A DNA stretch of 64,000 nt from Bdellovibrionales bacterium (GTDB taxonomy: Bacteria > Bdellovibrionota > Bdellovibrionia > Bdellovibrionales > UBA1609): positions 844,674 to 908,673 of the forward strand of contig OZ241325.1 in NCBI GenBank assembly GCA_965200025.1, read 5' to 3'. Each line of letters opens with the position of its first letter. Position 1 is the stretch's first letter. Shown piece by piece: positions 53,383 through 62,766 of the stretch. The notes beneath the pieces were generated by a model, which saw nothing but the letters and a program-made list of their open reading frames with translations, searched no databases and had not been told where the DNA came from. The translations under genes were made by a program, and so were the position numbers.

Positions 53383-55047
53383 TTAAAAATCCTCATCGCA
53401 GGCATCAGGTTCAAAAAAAGCACTCCTTCCACACTGGGGATATTCCAGGTTTAAGGGGCATCTTCTGGGTTCCCCCATAAGCTTGTATTGCCGGCAAAGC
53501 TCTTTAAGAGACCACAGCTGACATTTTCTAAAATCGTACCCCCAGGCATAACAATCCACCTCTTTGGTTCTGTTCCACCAGGCCCGAAACTCTGCCTTCA
53601 AAGAGGGGGAGGACGAAGACCCACCACCAGCTGCTTCCCCGGTGAAAAAACCAGAAATAAAGTCCGGTACCAAAGAATCCCAAAAAGCAGCCTGGGTTTT
53701 ATACCCCTGTATTCTCCACTCCTCCAAAGTTTCGCTGAACAAAAAATCGTCCCAAAATTTGGAAAAATCATAAAACCGGAAGGGAGGTATAAAAGCCCCT
53801 GGCAACAAAGCATCACAGCGAACCTGGTAGTTGTTTTCATCTTTTAACCACTCGTCTTTGTTTCTGTAACGAAAAATATGCTTCAGCTCCCCTGCCCCAT
53901 CCGCATGGGCCACAAAGTAGTGGTGTGTGGTCTCAGAGGGTCCGTGGTAAATGTCTTTTTCCCTGTCATAATTCACTTCCGCATGAAGACGAAGGTGTAC
54001 CAGGTCATATTCAAATTTTTTCTCTCTTAAAGACAAACGAAAATCCGCATAAGCAATGGGTTTTACATAAGAATTGCACTCAGAAGTATAGGTTTTGTGT
54101 TTATTGTCAAACAAAACCCCCTGGTCGTACCAGGCTTTTTCCGGTGCATTCAGTTTTCCACGCTTTAAAGGGGGGGGCTGCACCAAAGAAACTTCAGCTC
54201 TTTTTAAGGCCTCTTCCCGCAAGTCCTCCCTGCTGCGGGCAGGGCTTTCTATAAAATCATAAAACATCTGCCTGAGTAAGACTCTTTTTTCTTTTTCACA
54301 AAGCCCTTTTAAGGAAGGTTTTTCAGAACCAAAAAACTCCCTGGTGCCTGATACAGGAACAGGCCCCCCGTCCACCGCTTTAAGCTCAGGCACTTTGCCA
54401 GAAGACCTGACCTGAACACTAACACCTTCGCCATCCCTTAAGGCTTTAAGTTTAGGCAATTCCTCACCAGAGGAAGAAGATTTTGATACCACCTCCATGT
54501 TATCACCCACAGCAGAAGGCAGGTCAGACACAGAGGCCAGCCCCCCCACACTTAAGGAATCCTCACCCTCTTTTGCATCACTGGCTGGTGTTTGTTGAGA
54601 GACATTTGTGGCACCAGCCGTTGCAGGGTTTAAAGCCAGAGAAGAACTCCCCTCTGCCACCACCCCACCATCGGAAGAGGAAACAGGAGGGCTTTCTTTT
54701 TCGGGGGGGGCAACAGCAGGTACGCTTTCAGGTTTTAAAGCAACAACAACAGCAGGGGGGGAAGCCATCTCCGCTGCCACCACCACACTCTCCTCACCGG
54801 AAGGGGAAACAGCCACACCCTGTGGCTTTTTTCCAGAAGTTTGAGCAACAGATTTTACATCTTCAACTTTTTGATCAGGATCTGGATCATCAACAGGTGG
54901 TGTAAAATCCCCGGGCTTTTCGTCAGGAGTTAAAACCTCAGGCCCCTGCTTCCCCGGTTTTTCCTGATCAGAATCAGAGACCGGATCTTTACAAGCCACC
55001 ATAAAACAGGAAAGTAAAAAAACAAAAATAAAAAAAGGCTTCATCAT
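53383..55047 (-). CDS. lipoprotein with a Pro/Ser/Val-rich linker and a Cys-containing C-terminal domain
   Basis: Lipobox LSCFMVAC. 554 aa. No family recognised. Confidence 0.5.
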   Translation of the reverse strand: MMKPFFIFVFLLSCFMVACKDPVSDSDQEKPGKQGPEVLTPDEKPGDFTPPVDDPDPDQKVEDVKSVAQTSGKKPQGVAVSPSGEESVVVAAEMASPPAVVVALKPESVPAVAPPEKESPPVSSSDGGVVAEGSSSLALNPATAGATNVSQQTPASDAKEGEDSLSVGGLASVSDLPSAVGDNMEVVSKSSSSGEELPKLKALRDGEGVSVQVRSSGKVPELKAVDGGPVPVSGTREFFGSEKPSLKGLCEKEKRVLLRQMFYDFIESPARSREDLREEALKRAEVSLVQPPPLKRGKLNAPEKAWYDQGVLFDNKHKTYTSECNSYVKPIAYADFRLSLREKKFEYDLVHLRLHAEVNYDREKDIYHGPSETTHHYFVAHADGAGELKHIFRYRNKDEWLKDENNYQVRCDALLPGAFIPPFRFYDFSKFWDDFLFSETLEEWRIQGYKTQAAFWDSLVPDFISGFFTGEAAGGGSSSSPSLKAEFRAWWNRTKEVDCYAWGYDFRKCQLWSLKELCRQYKLMGEPRRCPLNLEYPQCGRSAFFEPDACDEDF

Positions 55048-55079
55048 TTTATATCCTCCTTCGTTTTCCTATAGAACTG

Positions 55080-58000
55080 TTAAAACTCCAGGTCCCCTCT
55101 GTCGGTGTTAAAAAGATTTTTACAAAACCGGGTGACAGGGGATATGAGGTTTGTGGTTTTTTCGTGCAGAAAGTCTGTCGCATTCACAATGTACTCAGAA
55201 ATGGCATTGCCTCCATATATCATTTTTTGAAAAGTCCTGGGGCCAAAAGGCCGGTCCACCCCCATAAACAGCTCGGACAAATTACCCTGCCACCCTATCA
55301 GGTTGTCATAAAGCAGAGCATACCAGACATTATACTTCCTTCTGTATTTGTTGGAGGCTTTGAGCAGATAATCCTGCAATTCAGGCTGAAACAAAAGGTT
55401 TTTGTCTTTATCTTTAAAATCAATACCTTTTAAAATCAAATCCTTCAGGCCAAAATATATGGAATACTCAAAAGCATGATCTGATTTAAACTGCATGGCT
55501 GATACAGGTACCGCCAAAGCGACAAAAATATAACCCGCCAGATAAAAATCAATGTCTATTCTTCCCATGCTGAGAAGATGCATACTGGATATAAGCATGG
55601 CCGCCGGTACAAAATTGGCTATCACCACCGTCATATAATCCTTATAGTTTTTCCAGATACTGTTTTCCGGATGATGACGCCAGTAAGACCAAAACCAATG
55701 ACGATATTTGTGCTTTTCCAAATACTCTTTTGAGGGAACCTGCCTGTCTGTTTCCAAAAAAGAATCCATTTGAACCTTGTACCATGGTTCGGCCAATATA
55801 TCCAGCATAAAATGTATCATAAAGCCATACCAAAACACATAGCGGGAAAGGTGAAACCAGTGACTGTTGGAAAACATCTCTTCAGAAAGAGGCTTTAAAA
55901 CCCCCTGATCCACACCGGCCATAAAGATCAGTGAATACAAAAGCTCAACAGGTTTGTCTATAAGCAGTTTGTACTTCATATATCTGGTGAGGCGGGCAAG
56001 AGCTTCATTACTGGTCTTTAGCATCTCATTGGATTTTTTAAACCGGGTCAGAGGGTTGGCCGGTCTACTCATATCAGGGATAAGAAGGTTTTCTCTTTTG
56101 AACTCTCTTTTGATTTTGTTTTTTATTGCTTTTGAAGTACCTGCCCATGAGGCCACCACATCCTCTGCCTTTTGAACAATGTTTTTTTCTGCCATTAGGC
56201 GAAGCATTCTTTTTTGAATCTGCTTTTCTGTCTCTTCAGGAAAAGAAAAATCAGCCAGACCCTTCTTTCTTATTTGCTTCAGCAGCAAAGATTTAATTTT
56301 TTTGTCTGAAAAGGCAGAACGGTTTGCCCCACCACCCTCCACCTGCTCTGCCAGATAATCCCTTAAAGCGGCTTCAAAAAGAAGTCTTTGACAGGTTTCA
56401 AAAAACAAACGGGAGTTTTTGTTTAAATTACGCGGCTGAATATGAAAGGCTTTTCGAATGGAGGTGTTTATATCTTTTTGATCTGTGGTGTGAGAGAGAG
56501 AAAACTTTATGGTTTCCAAAAAAGCAGCCTGTGTACTTAATTTGATATATTTTTTTTCCACAGGTATAACCTGATTTTCAAAATACCGCAAGGCTTCCAG
56601 TTTCTCTTTGAGAGTCTGTCTTTTTTCCGGAGGGGAGATTTTTGAAGACAGCCACTGAGCCGTCTTTTTTATACGGGTGGTATATCCCCCGTTAAAAGAA
56701 GTGGCTCTGTGTTCTTTTGAATAAATTCTATCAAACAAATTCCCATACCAAAGCACACTGAAAGCGGCTTGGGGGTTGTATGCCATAACCCGGGTAATAT
56801 ACCACCCATTCCATACCAGGCCAAAACGCCGAAAAAAGTTTCTGAAAGAAAAAGCACTTGTTAAAAACTGCCGGAAAGCCTTCCAGAATGTCTGAACCTG
56901 CCGGTCATTCAGATCCTCTTCCCATTGACCTTTTTGGTCCACCTCTGAAAGAGCTTTTTTTAATCTGCTAATCTGATCCAACGAGGCTTTTGTACTCACC
57001 AAAGCCCCATCTATGTTAAAAGTTCTGTCTGGTTTGTCTGAAAACACAGAAGATATACCAGAGACCAGCTCTTCCCCCAGCCCCATTAAGGCCTGGGCAT
57101 TTCCATGCACCACCCGAAACACCCTTTTGGCAGATTTGTTGTGAAAGGGATATATCTCGAAAGTTACAGTGTGATCCCTATAGAGCTTTCTCTCTGAGGG
57201 TTTTTCATACTCCTTCATGGATAAAAGATCCCAAAAATGAGTGGTCACACCACCTTCTTTTTGTACAATCTCCCAGGTCAGACTGCTCAGATTTTGAAAT
57301 TTATCCAGCACATCCTGCCAATGAGCTTTCGTTTTAAATACAAAGGAATGGCGGGAACCATTGGGCAGGGTCAGCACCGCACTCATCCCCACAGCCCTTT
57401 TGGCATCCTGAGAAAGGTCCTCCAAAAAACGGGACTTTTCCATATTGACATAATTTACAAAATTTTTCTCATTAATCCATAAGGTTTTAAAGCTTTCCTC
57501 CTTAAACTTGTTTAAAACCCTCTCCTTAAAAGAGGCGTTTTGATGAGGTTTGCCGCCAAACTGTTTTTCTCTCATGCTCTGGATGTATTTTTGTGTGTTG
57601 ATAATAAAGTGGGGGATAAAAACAGCCGCTGAACCCGCCAGCAATAAAGACAACAAACCCACAGAGAGTTGTTCCCATTTTCCCTCTTTTATATAATTGT
57701 CAAAAAATGAGCTGGAATAAAACCCCTCAAACCCCAAAACCAGCGAGGAAGTCCCCAGGTCCCACAAATGATAAAAGTGCATGGGCAGCATCTTTAAGGT
57801 TTGCCAAAAGTATTTGGCAGCCTCCAAAGAGGCCGTGGAGGAAAGCCCCACCGCACCCACCAGCACCGCAGCAGATATTTTTTTATGCCGACTCATTTTT
57901 TGACGAAGAAGTTTTATTTTGTCTTTAAAGGGGAGTTTCAGGTTTTTTTCTGCCGCCACACCCGCCAAAGCCTTTTGAATCTTTAAGCCCCCCATGGCCC

Positions 58001-59372
58001 TGTACCTGCTGATGTGACTCAGCCAAAGACCAAAACGCACAGAAAACTTTTTTTCCAGCATGGCATGGCTGCTGGTTTGCCTTAAAGCCGCCTGCCATTG
58101 TGGTTCCTGATTTAAATGGCTGGAAAAGGTCTCAAGAGTTTTTAAATCCTGTGGGTTGAGATCTTTTATTCTTTCGTTTAAGTAATCCTCGTGGTCTTTT
58201 TTCTGATAAAACCGGCCGGAAAAATCATTAATGGAACCCATATCCTGACGGGTGACCACAGAGTTTAAAATGGCCTCTTTAACAGAGTTGTAAGATTCAT
58301 GCAAATGAGGCTGGAACTGTTGAACCACCTGTGAGTGTTTTTTCTCCAAAGCCCCAATGTAAGTGTCCACAATGTCTTTTGTCAGAGTGGTGCTTTCGTT
58401 AATGGAGGTTTGATCCAAAAAAGAAACCACTATGTTATAAACAATCTGATTCAGCTGGGATAAAAAATCCATTTGCTGAAGGGAGATCTCCAAAGAACCC
58501 ACATATAAAGTGTCCTCTTTAAAATGCAGGTAGTCGGGATCCTGAAGGGTTTCCCTTTGAACATGGTTGTTAAAAATAACCGGAAAGTGAAACACCGGAA
58601 GAGCGGACTTCCCCAAATCCATCTGCAAAAATTTTAAATCGATAAAAGAAATGGTGGCTTTATCCTCTTTAATACGGGAGGGTTCCAAAAAAACCAGATA
58701 AGACCCCATAAAAACCATCCAGTGTACATGGTTGGGAAAACTGTGTATGGCTTTGCCACGATAATTAATTTGAAAAGAATACTTAAGGGGCTGTGCTTCC
58801 TCCCCCCCCTCTTTTTGGAGTAAAGAAAAATCACTGGCAAAAACAGTGTTTGAAGAACCTGTTTCCCCCAAAGCCCTTAAAGCCCGCACCACTTTTTTTT
58901 GAGTGGGGTGGGAAGGCTCAGAGGATGTGTCTTTAAAAATCTCCACACTCAAATCCTCTATGGGGATCACCCCATGAAAAAACTGATACACATCCTGTCT
59001 GACTTCAGAAAAAACACTTTTGGTACTGTAGGTGTTAATATTTTCCGGATCAAAAGCCTGAGGGGGCTTTACCTCATGATCATCAGACTTTTTACCATTG
59101 GGGGGATGCACCTGTTGCTTCAGAAGGGAAAAGGTGTCCAGAGGGTGATCTTCATGGAAGCCTCTGTGATCTTCACCAAACAAAGCCTGCCTTAAAGATT
59201 CCACATCACGGTTAAAGGCTTCAGCCTCTGTTAAGGCGTATTGAAAACGCTCATCACTTTCTTTGCTTATTGGTGTGTCTGGTGGCACAGGGGGCTGATT
59301 TTGAGCATAAAGCCCCAAAGGTTGAAAAGCTGTCAGGCCACAAATCAAAATACGAAAGATCATTTTCCACAT
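55080..59372 (-). CDS. giant (1430 aa) multi-pass membrane protein of unknown function
   Basis: Signal peptide, a large soluble N-terminal part, and hydrophobic clusters mid-protein and near the C-terminus. Confidence 0.6.
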   Translation of the reverse strand: MWKMIFRILICGLTAFQPLGLYAQNQPPVPPDTPISKESDERFQYALTEAEAFNRDVESLRQALFGEDHRGFHEDHPLDTFSLLKQQVHPPNGKKSDDHEVKPPQAFDPENINTYSTKSVFSEVRQDVYQFFHGVIPIEDLSVEIFKDTSSEPSHPTQKKVVRALRALGETGSSNTVFASDFSLLQKEGGEEAQPLKYSFQINYRGKAIHSFPNHVHWMVFMGSYLVFLEPSRIKEDKATISFIDLKFLQMDLGKSALPVFHFPVIFNNHVQRETLQDPDYLHFKEDTLYVGSLEISLQQMDFLSQLNQIVYNIVVSFLDQTSINESTTLTKDIVDTYIGALEKKHSQVVQQFQPHLHESYNSVKEAILNSVVTRQDMGSINDFSGRFYQKKDHEDYLNERIKDLNPQDLKTLETFSSHLNQEPQWQAALRQTSSHAMLEKKFSVRFGLWLSHISRYRAMGGLKIQKALAGVAAEKNLKLPFKDKIKLLRQKMSRHKKISAAVLVGAVGLSSTASLEAAKYFWQTLKMLPMHFYHLWDLGTSSLVLGFEGFYSSSFFDNYIKEGKWEQLSVGLLSLLLAGSAAVFIPHFIINTQKYIQSMREKQFGGKPHQNASFKERVLNKFKEESFKTLWINEKNFVNYVNMEKSRFLEDLSQDAKRAVGMSAVLTLPNGSRHSFVFKTKAHWQDVLDKFQNLSSLTWEIVQKEGGVTTHFWDLLSMKEYEKPSERKLYRDHTVTFEIYPFHNKSAKRVFRVVHGNAQALMGLGEELVSGISSVFSDKPDRTFNIDGALVSTKASLDQISRLKKALSEVDQKGQWEEDLNDRQVQTFWKAFRQFLTSAFSFRNFFRRFGLVWNGWYITRVMAYNPQAAFSVLWYGNLFDRIYSKEHRATSFNGGYTTRIKKTAQWLSSKISPPEKRQTLKEKLEALRYFENQVIPVEKKYIKLSTQAAFLETIKFSLSHTTDQKDINTSIRKAFHIQPRNLNKNSRLFFETCQRLLFEAALRDYLAEQVEGGGANRSAFSDKKIKSLLLKQIRKKGLADFSFPEETEKQIQKRMLRLMAEKNIVQKAEDVVASWAGTSKAIKNKIKREFKRENLLIPDMSRPANPLTRFKKSNEMLKTSNEALARLTRYMKYKLLIDKPVELLYSLIFMAGVDQGVLKPLSEEMFSNSHWFHLSRYVFWYGFMIHFMLDILAEPWYKVQMDSFLETDRQVPSKEYLEKHKYRHWFWSYWRHHPENSIWKNYKDYMTVVIANFVPAAMLISSMHLLSMGRIDIDFYLAGYIFVALAVPVSAMQFKSDHAFEYSIYFGLKDLILKGIDFKDKDKNLLFQPELQDYLLKASNKYRRKYNVWYALLYDNLIGWQGNLSELFMGVDRPFGPRTFQKMIYGGNAISEYIVNATDFLHEKTTNLISPVTRFCKNLFNTDRGDLEF

Positions 59373-59461
59373 AGTGGAAACCAGCTATACACAAGAGATA
59401 AATGCTTTGTCAAAAATAAATTTTAAAATTGTAAAATTTACACTTTAAAGTGATTTTAAAC

Positions 59462-61093
59462 TTATTTTTTTAAAGGGGCAGCAGGACTTTGAAGTTTTTT
59501 TAAGCGGCCCTCTGCGGTTTTGAGATCCAAATAAGCTTGGTGGGTGTCCTGACCCAGAAGTTTTAAAATCCCCTTTGTGGCTTTTTGCTGCCGTTGCTTT
59601 CCACTTTCTGTGATATCACCCAGCTTTTGCACCAAAATGGGGACAAATTGTTTGATGTACTGAGTTTTTTTCTCCAGCTCCTCCGCCTTTTTTTCTCTTC
59701 GGATGTGGCGGGCCAGCTTTTGCCCCGTCTGCATAAGCGACTTTCTGATCTCCTCCACCAGCTCCTCACTGCTGTCGATGGTCTCTTTGGAGGCATTTTT
59801 AAACTTGATAAAGGGGGAAGTGACAGAAATGGCAAACACATAAGGCCCTGTGGGAAGGGAGTTTTTTGGCTGCACCAGCCCATAAGCCTTCCAGTTTACC
59901 GATTCCACAGCTTTTGTAATGGCACAGGCGGACTTGTCAAACTGAAGGGGAACACGGTTGGCAAACCTCATCATCTGAATGGGGGGGGCTTCCTGAAGAT
60001 CTTTTTTGTCCTTCAGACGGGCCACAGCGGTTTCCACCACAACAGGCTTGCCATCACATATCACAGGCTTTCTGGTGACCACACTAAAAAAATCCACCTC
60101 CCCTATCCTTTGTATGGACTGGGAAAGAGCCTCCTCCCCCACAGTCAAAACCGAACTGGTGGAGGGGGCCAGCATTTTCACTTTATGAACACTTTGAAAA
60201 AGATGTTTAAACTCCCCTTCAGAAAGAGACCCCACCGATTTTTTTAAAAGAGAGGGTTTTAAACCCTGGGACTGCAACTCTTTTATGGTCTTCATTGTGA
60301 CACGGGAAAATCCTTTTTGTAAAAAAGACGCAAGGGGGGTCTTGCCGTAGAGATGGGCATAAGAGATAAGCTCACCCAGTTTCATGGTGTGAGGGTGAGG
60401 GAGAGTGGCGGGAGGTACCAAAGGCACAGTCTCACTCACTCTTTCAATAAGTCTCGCAGGCTGATCCACCAGCTTGTAGTGAAGGCTTAAGTGGGGGTTC
60501 ACCAAAGCTGTGGCCTCCAGATAGGCCACAAGCCCCCCATCGCCTTTCAGCTGAATACGCCCACTGATACGAAAAATCACTTTTAAGCCATGTTTTTTGT
60601 TCCATGTGGTGTTTTCTTTTTTTCTGAAAAGCCCTTTGTTTTTCTTGATATTCACATCAATAAATGCCCTCACCGGCCCCCTCATGCTTTTGGTTTGGCT
60701 TATCACCTCCACACCTCTGGCATTGGTGAGCTGGGCCCATGTGGTGGCGGCAGAGATACCAATACCCTGCTGGCCCCGCGAACACCTCCCTTTTGCAAAC
60801 TTGGAGGAGGCCAGATATTCCCCAAAAACCCGGGGCAAATCTTCCGTCTTAAGCCCCGGACCATTGTCCTCCACACTCACCTCCACCAGCTCTGTATGAG
60901 GTCCCATTTTCTGCAACCTCTTAATATCCACTTTAATGGCAGGAAGGATACCTGCCTCTTCACAGGCATCCAGGGCATTGTCCATAGCCTCCTTTAAAGT
61001 GGTAAGAACAGCCTTCACCGGAGAGGAAAACCCCACCTGTTGAAGATTTTTGGCAAAATACTCTGCGGTACTGCTGGTGGTGATTTGAGACAT
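59462..61093 (-). CDS. top6B: DNA topoisomerase VI subunit B
   Basis: GHKL ATPase motifs EAMDNALDA, DNGPGL and SRGQQGIGISA, with the length and N-terminal AEYFAKN typical of Top6B. Confidence 0.85.
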   Translation of the reverse strand: MSQITTSSTAEYFAKNLQQVGFSSPVKAVLTTLKEAMDNALDACEEAGILPAIKVDIKRLQKMGPHTELVEVSVEDNGPGLKTEDLPRVFGEYLASSKFAKGRCSRGQQGIGISAATTWAQLTNARGVEVISQTKSMRGPVRAFIDVNIKKNKGLFRKKENTTWNKKHGLKVIFRISGRIQLKGDGGLVAYLEATALVNPHLSLHYKLVDQPARLIERVSETVPLVPPATLPHPHTMKLGELISYAHLYGKTPLASFLQKGFSRVTMKTIKELQSQGLKPSLLKKSVGSLSEGEFKHLFQSVHKVKMLAPSTSSVLTVGEEALSQSIQRIGEVDFFSVVTRKPVICDGKPVVVETAVARLKDKKDLQEAPPIQMMRFANRVPLQFDKSACAITKAVESVNWKAYGLVQPKNSLPTGPYVFAISVTSPFIKFKNASKETIDSSEELVEEIRKSLMQTGQKLARHIRREKKAEELEKKTQYIKQFVPILVQKLGDITESGKQRQQKATKGILKLLGQDTHQAYLDLKTAEGRLKKLQSPAAPLKK

Positions 61094-61416
61094 AAAAACT
61101 CCTTCAAGACCTTATCGGGGATACAAAAACCCCCCACTGGATAGAGGTTTTTTACCCCCATAGACTTAATTTATAACAAACAAACAAAAAGGGTCTGTGT
61201 CCATAACTTCTGTTATTTTTGATCTTTCTTTTTGGACTATAGACCAGATAAAAAACTTTCCCGCCACTTTCCCAACAGGTGATTGCCTGATAACCAAACA
61301 AAATCCCTGCCTCCCAATTGGCGTACCCTGGCGGGCCTTAATATAGGGTCTCTGTTGGACTCCTCATCCCCAATCCACAATGAGGAACTTTGGACAGGTG
61401 GTTTGATCTCCAAATA

Positions 61417-61867
61417 TCACTTGCTTTGCTTACAGGTACAAACTTCACCCTTGATTTTTACAGGCTCACCATCGATAAGAACAGGCTTGCCACCTTTAAA
61501 AACAGCCGTACCACTCACAGTCTGGTCCATCATTGAAGGATCAGGGGGAAGCTTTTTACAGTTCTCTTTAGCTTGATCAATTAAGGCCCGACATGCGTCA
61601 TGATCAGGATGAGTTTGATCCTGTCTTACATCTCCTATATAAAAGAGGCCCGTCATAACAGAATCCCTGTTTTTGTCCCAGCTCAATGGCATCCCCCACC
61701 ATATTGTGGCAGCGAATATCCCCGGGCATTATTACTGAAGCCTGGATGTTACTGTCATCAACTTTTGACCGGTTACAGTAATCCTCACAGGAAGCATAAT
61801 CTGCCTTATCAACCTTGCAAGACACAAATACAAAACCTGTTATTAAAAATGTTACCAAAATCCTCAT
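61417..61867 (-). pseudogene. small lipoprotein gene split by a frameshift (ORFs 61604-61909 and 61417-61692)
   Basis: AGGAGG RBS and lipobox FVFVSC at ATG 61867. The two frames overlap at 61604-61692. Losing one base of the G5 run (plus-strand C5 at 61693-61697) joins them. Confidence 0.45.
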
Positions 61868-61880
61868 TTTTTCCTCCTTT

Positions 61881-62081
61881 TTAATATCTATTCCTTCGGA
61901 GTTCTTCAAGTTTAGACCTAACGGATTTTACCCAACGATCCCTGTCATCCAGGTATATGTCAGCTTCCAACACTGCACGAATCAAATCTTCATCATCTTT
62001 TTCCCTTTGGATTTTTTCAAACTCTCTCCGAACGTATTGTACCCAACGATCCGTATCATCTGTCCATTCAGCTCTCAACAT
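61881..62081 (-). CDS. small acidic protein with an internal duplication
   Basis: DDTDRWVQYVRREFEKIQRE and DDRDRWVKSVRSKLEELRRN. At DNA level there are 24-nt repeats at 61927-61950 and 62039-62062. Confidence 0.35.
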   Translation of the reverse strand: MLRAEWTDDTDRWVQYVRREFEKIQREKDDEDLIRAVLEADIYLDDRDRWVKSVRSKLEELRRNRY

Positions 62082-62088
62082 CGCAAGG

Positions 62089-62652
62089 TCAAGATCTTTC
62101 TCCCTTTCGTGTTTTCATATAACGCTTTTCCACCGGGTTTTTTGACTTATGGTAAGCCAAAACATCACCCTCTGTGGGACCAAACACCGGATAAACAAGA
62201 TTGTATTTTTTCTTGTCGCAAGACCATACTATCAACTTTACAGTAGGATCAGGCCAACCGCTTACAAAATAACTCCTGTTATCAACACGATGATAAAGGT
62301 GACTTTCTGGAAAAGGAAAATCTAAAGGATTGGAAACTAAAGTGTCATACTCGTAGGATTGTACAAAAGCATGATATTGTTTATTCCACGCATCCACGGC
62401 TTCCCCGGTCCAGTTTAGATGTTTTTGTGAAAAATTATGTTTTCCCTTTGGGAAACAAATCCCCCAGGGGTAATCCCAAGGTTTTTCCAAAACAGCATAC
62501 TTTGCTTTCCTATAAGCCCCGCTTGGTATATGAAAACTTTGGACTATTTTACCACCCGGATTATGGGCCTTACTCTGTTTATACACAATACCATGGCTTT
62601 TAAAGCAAAAACAGAAAAAAACAAACAGACTTAAAATTATTTTCATCATCAT
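62089..62652 (-). CDS. secreted hypothetical protein
   Basis: Start moved to MMMKIILSLFVFFCFCFKSHG (signal peptide). Confidence 0.45.
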   Translation of the reverse strand: MMMKIILSLFVFFCFCFKSHGIVYKQSKAHNPGGKIVQSFHIPSGAYRKAKYAVLEKPWDYPWGICFPKGKHNFSQKHLNWTGEAVDAWNKQYHAFVQSYEYDTLVSNPLDFPFPESHLYHRVDNRSYFVSGWPDPTVKLIVWSCDKKKYNLVYPVFGPTEGDVLAYHKSKNPVEKRYMKTRKGERS

Positions 62653-62766
62653 GTTTGCTGAATAACAGGGCAAAATCCAGATAGCAAGGGGGGTGTGATA
62701 AGAAATCCCACCGCGGTGGGATTTTCCGGTGAAAAACCATCCCACCATGGGATAAAGGGCCAAAAA

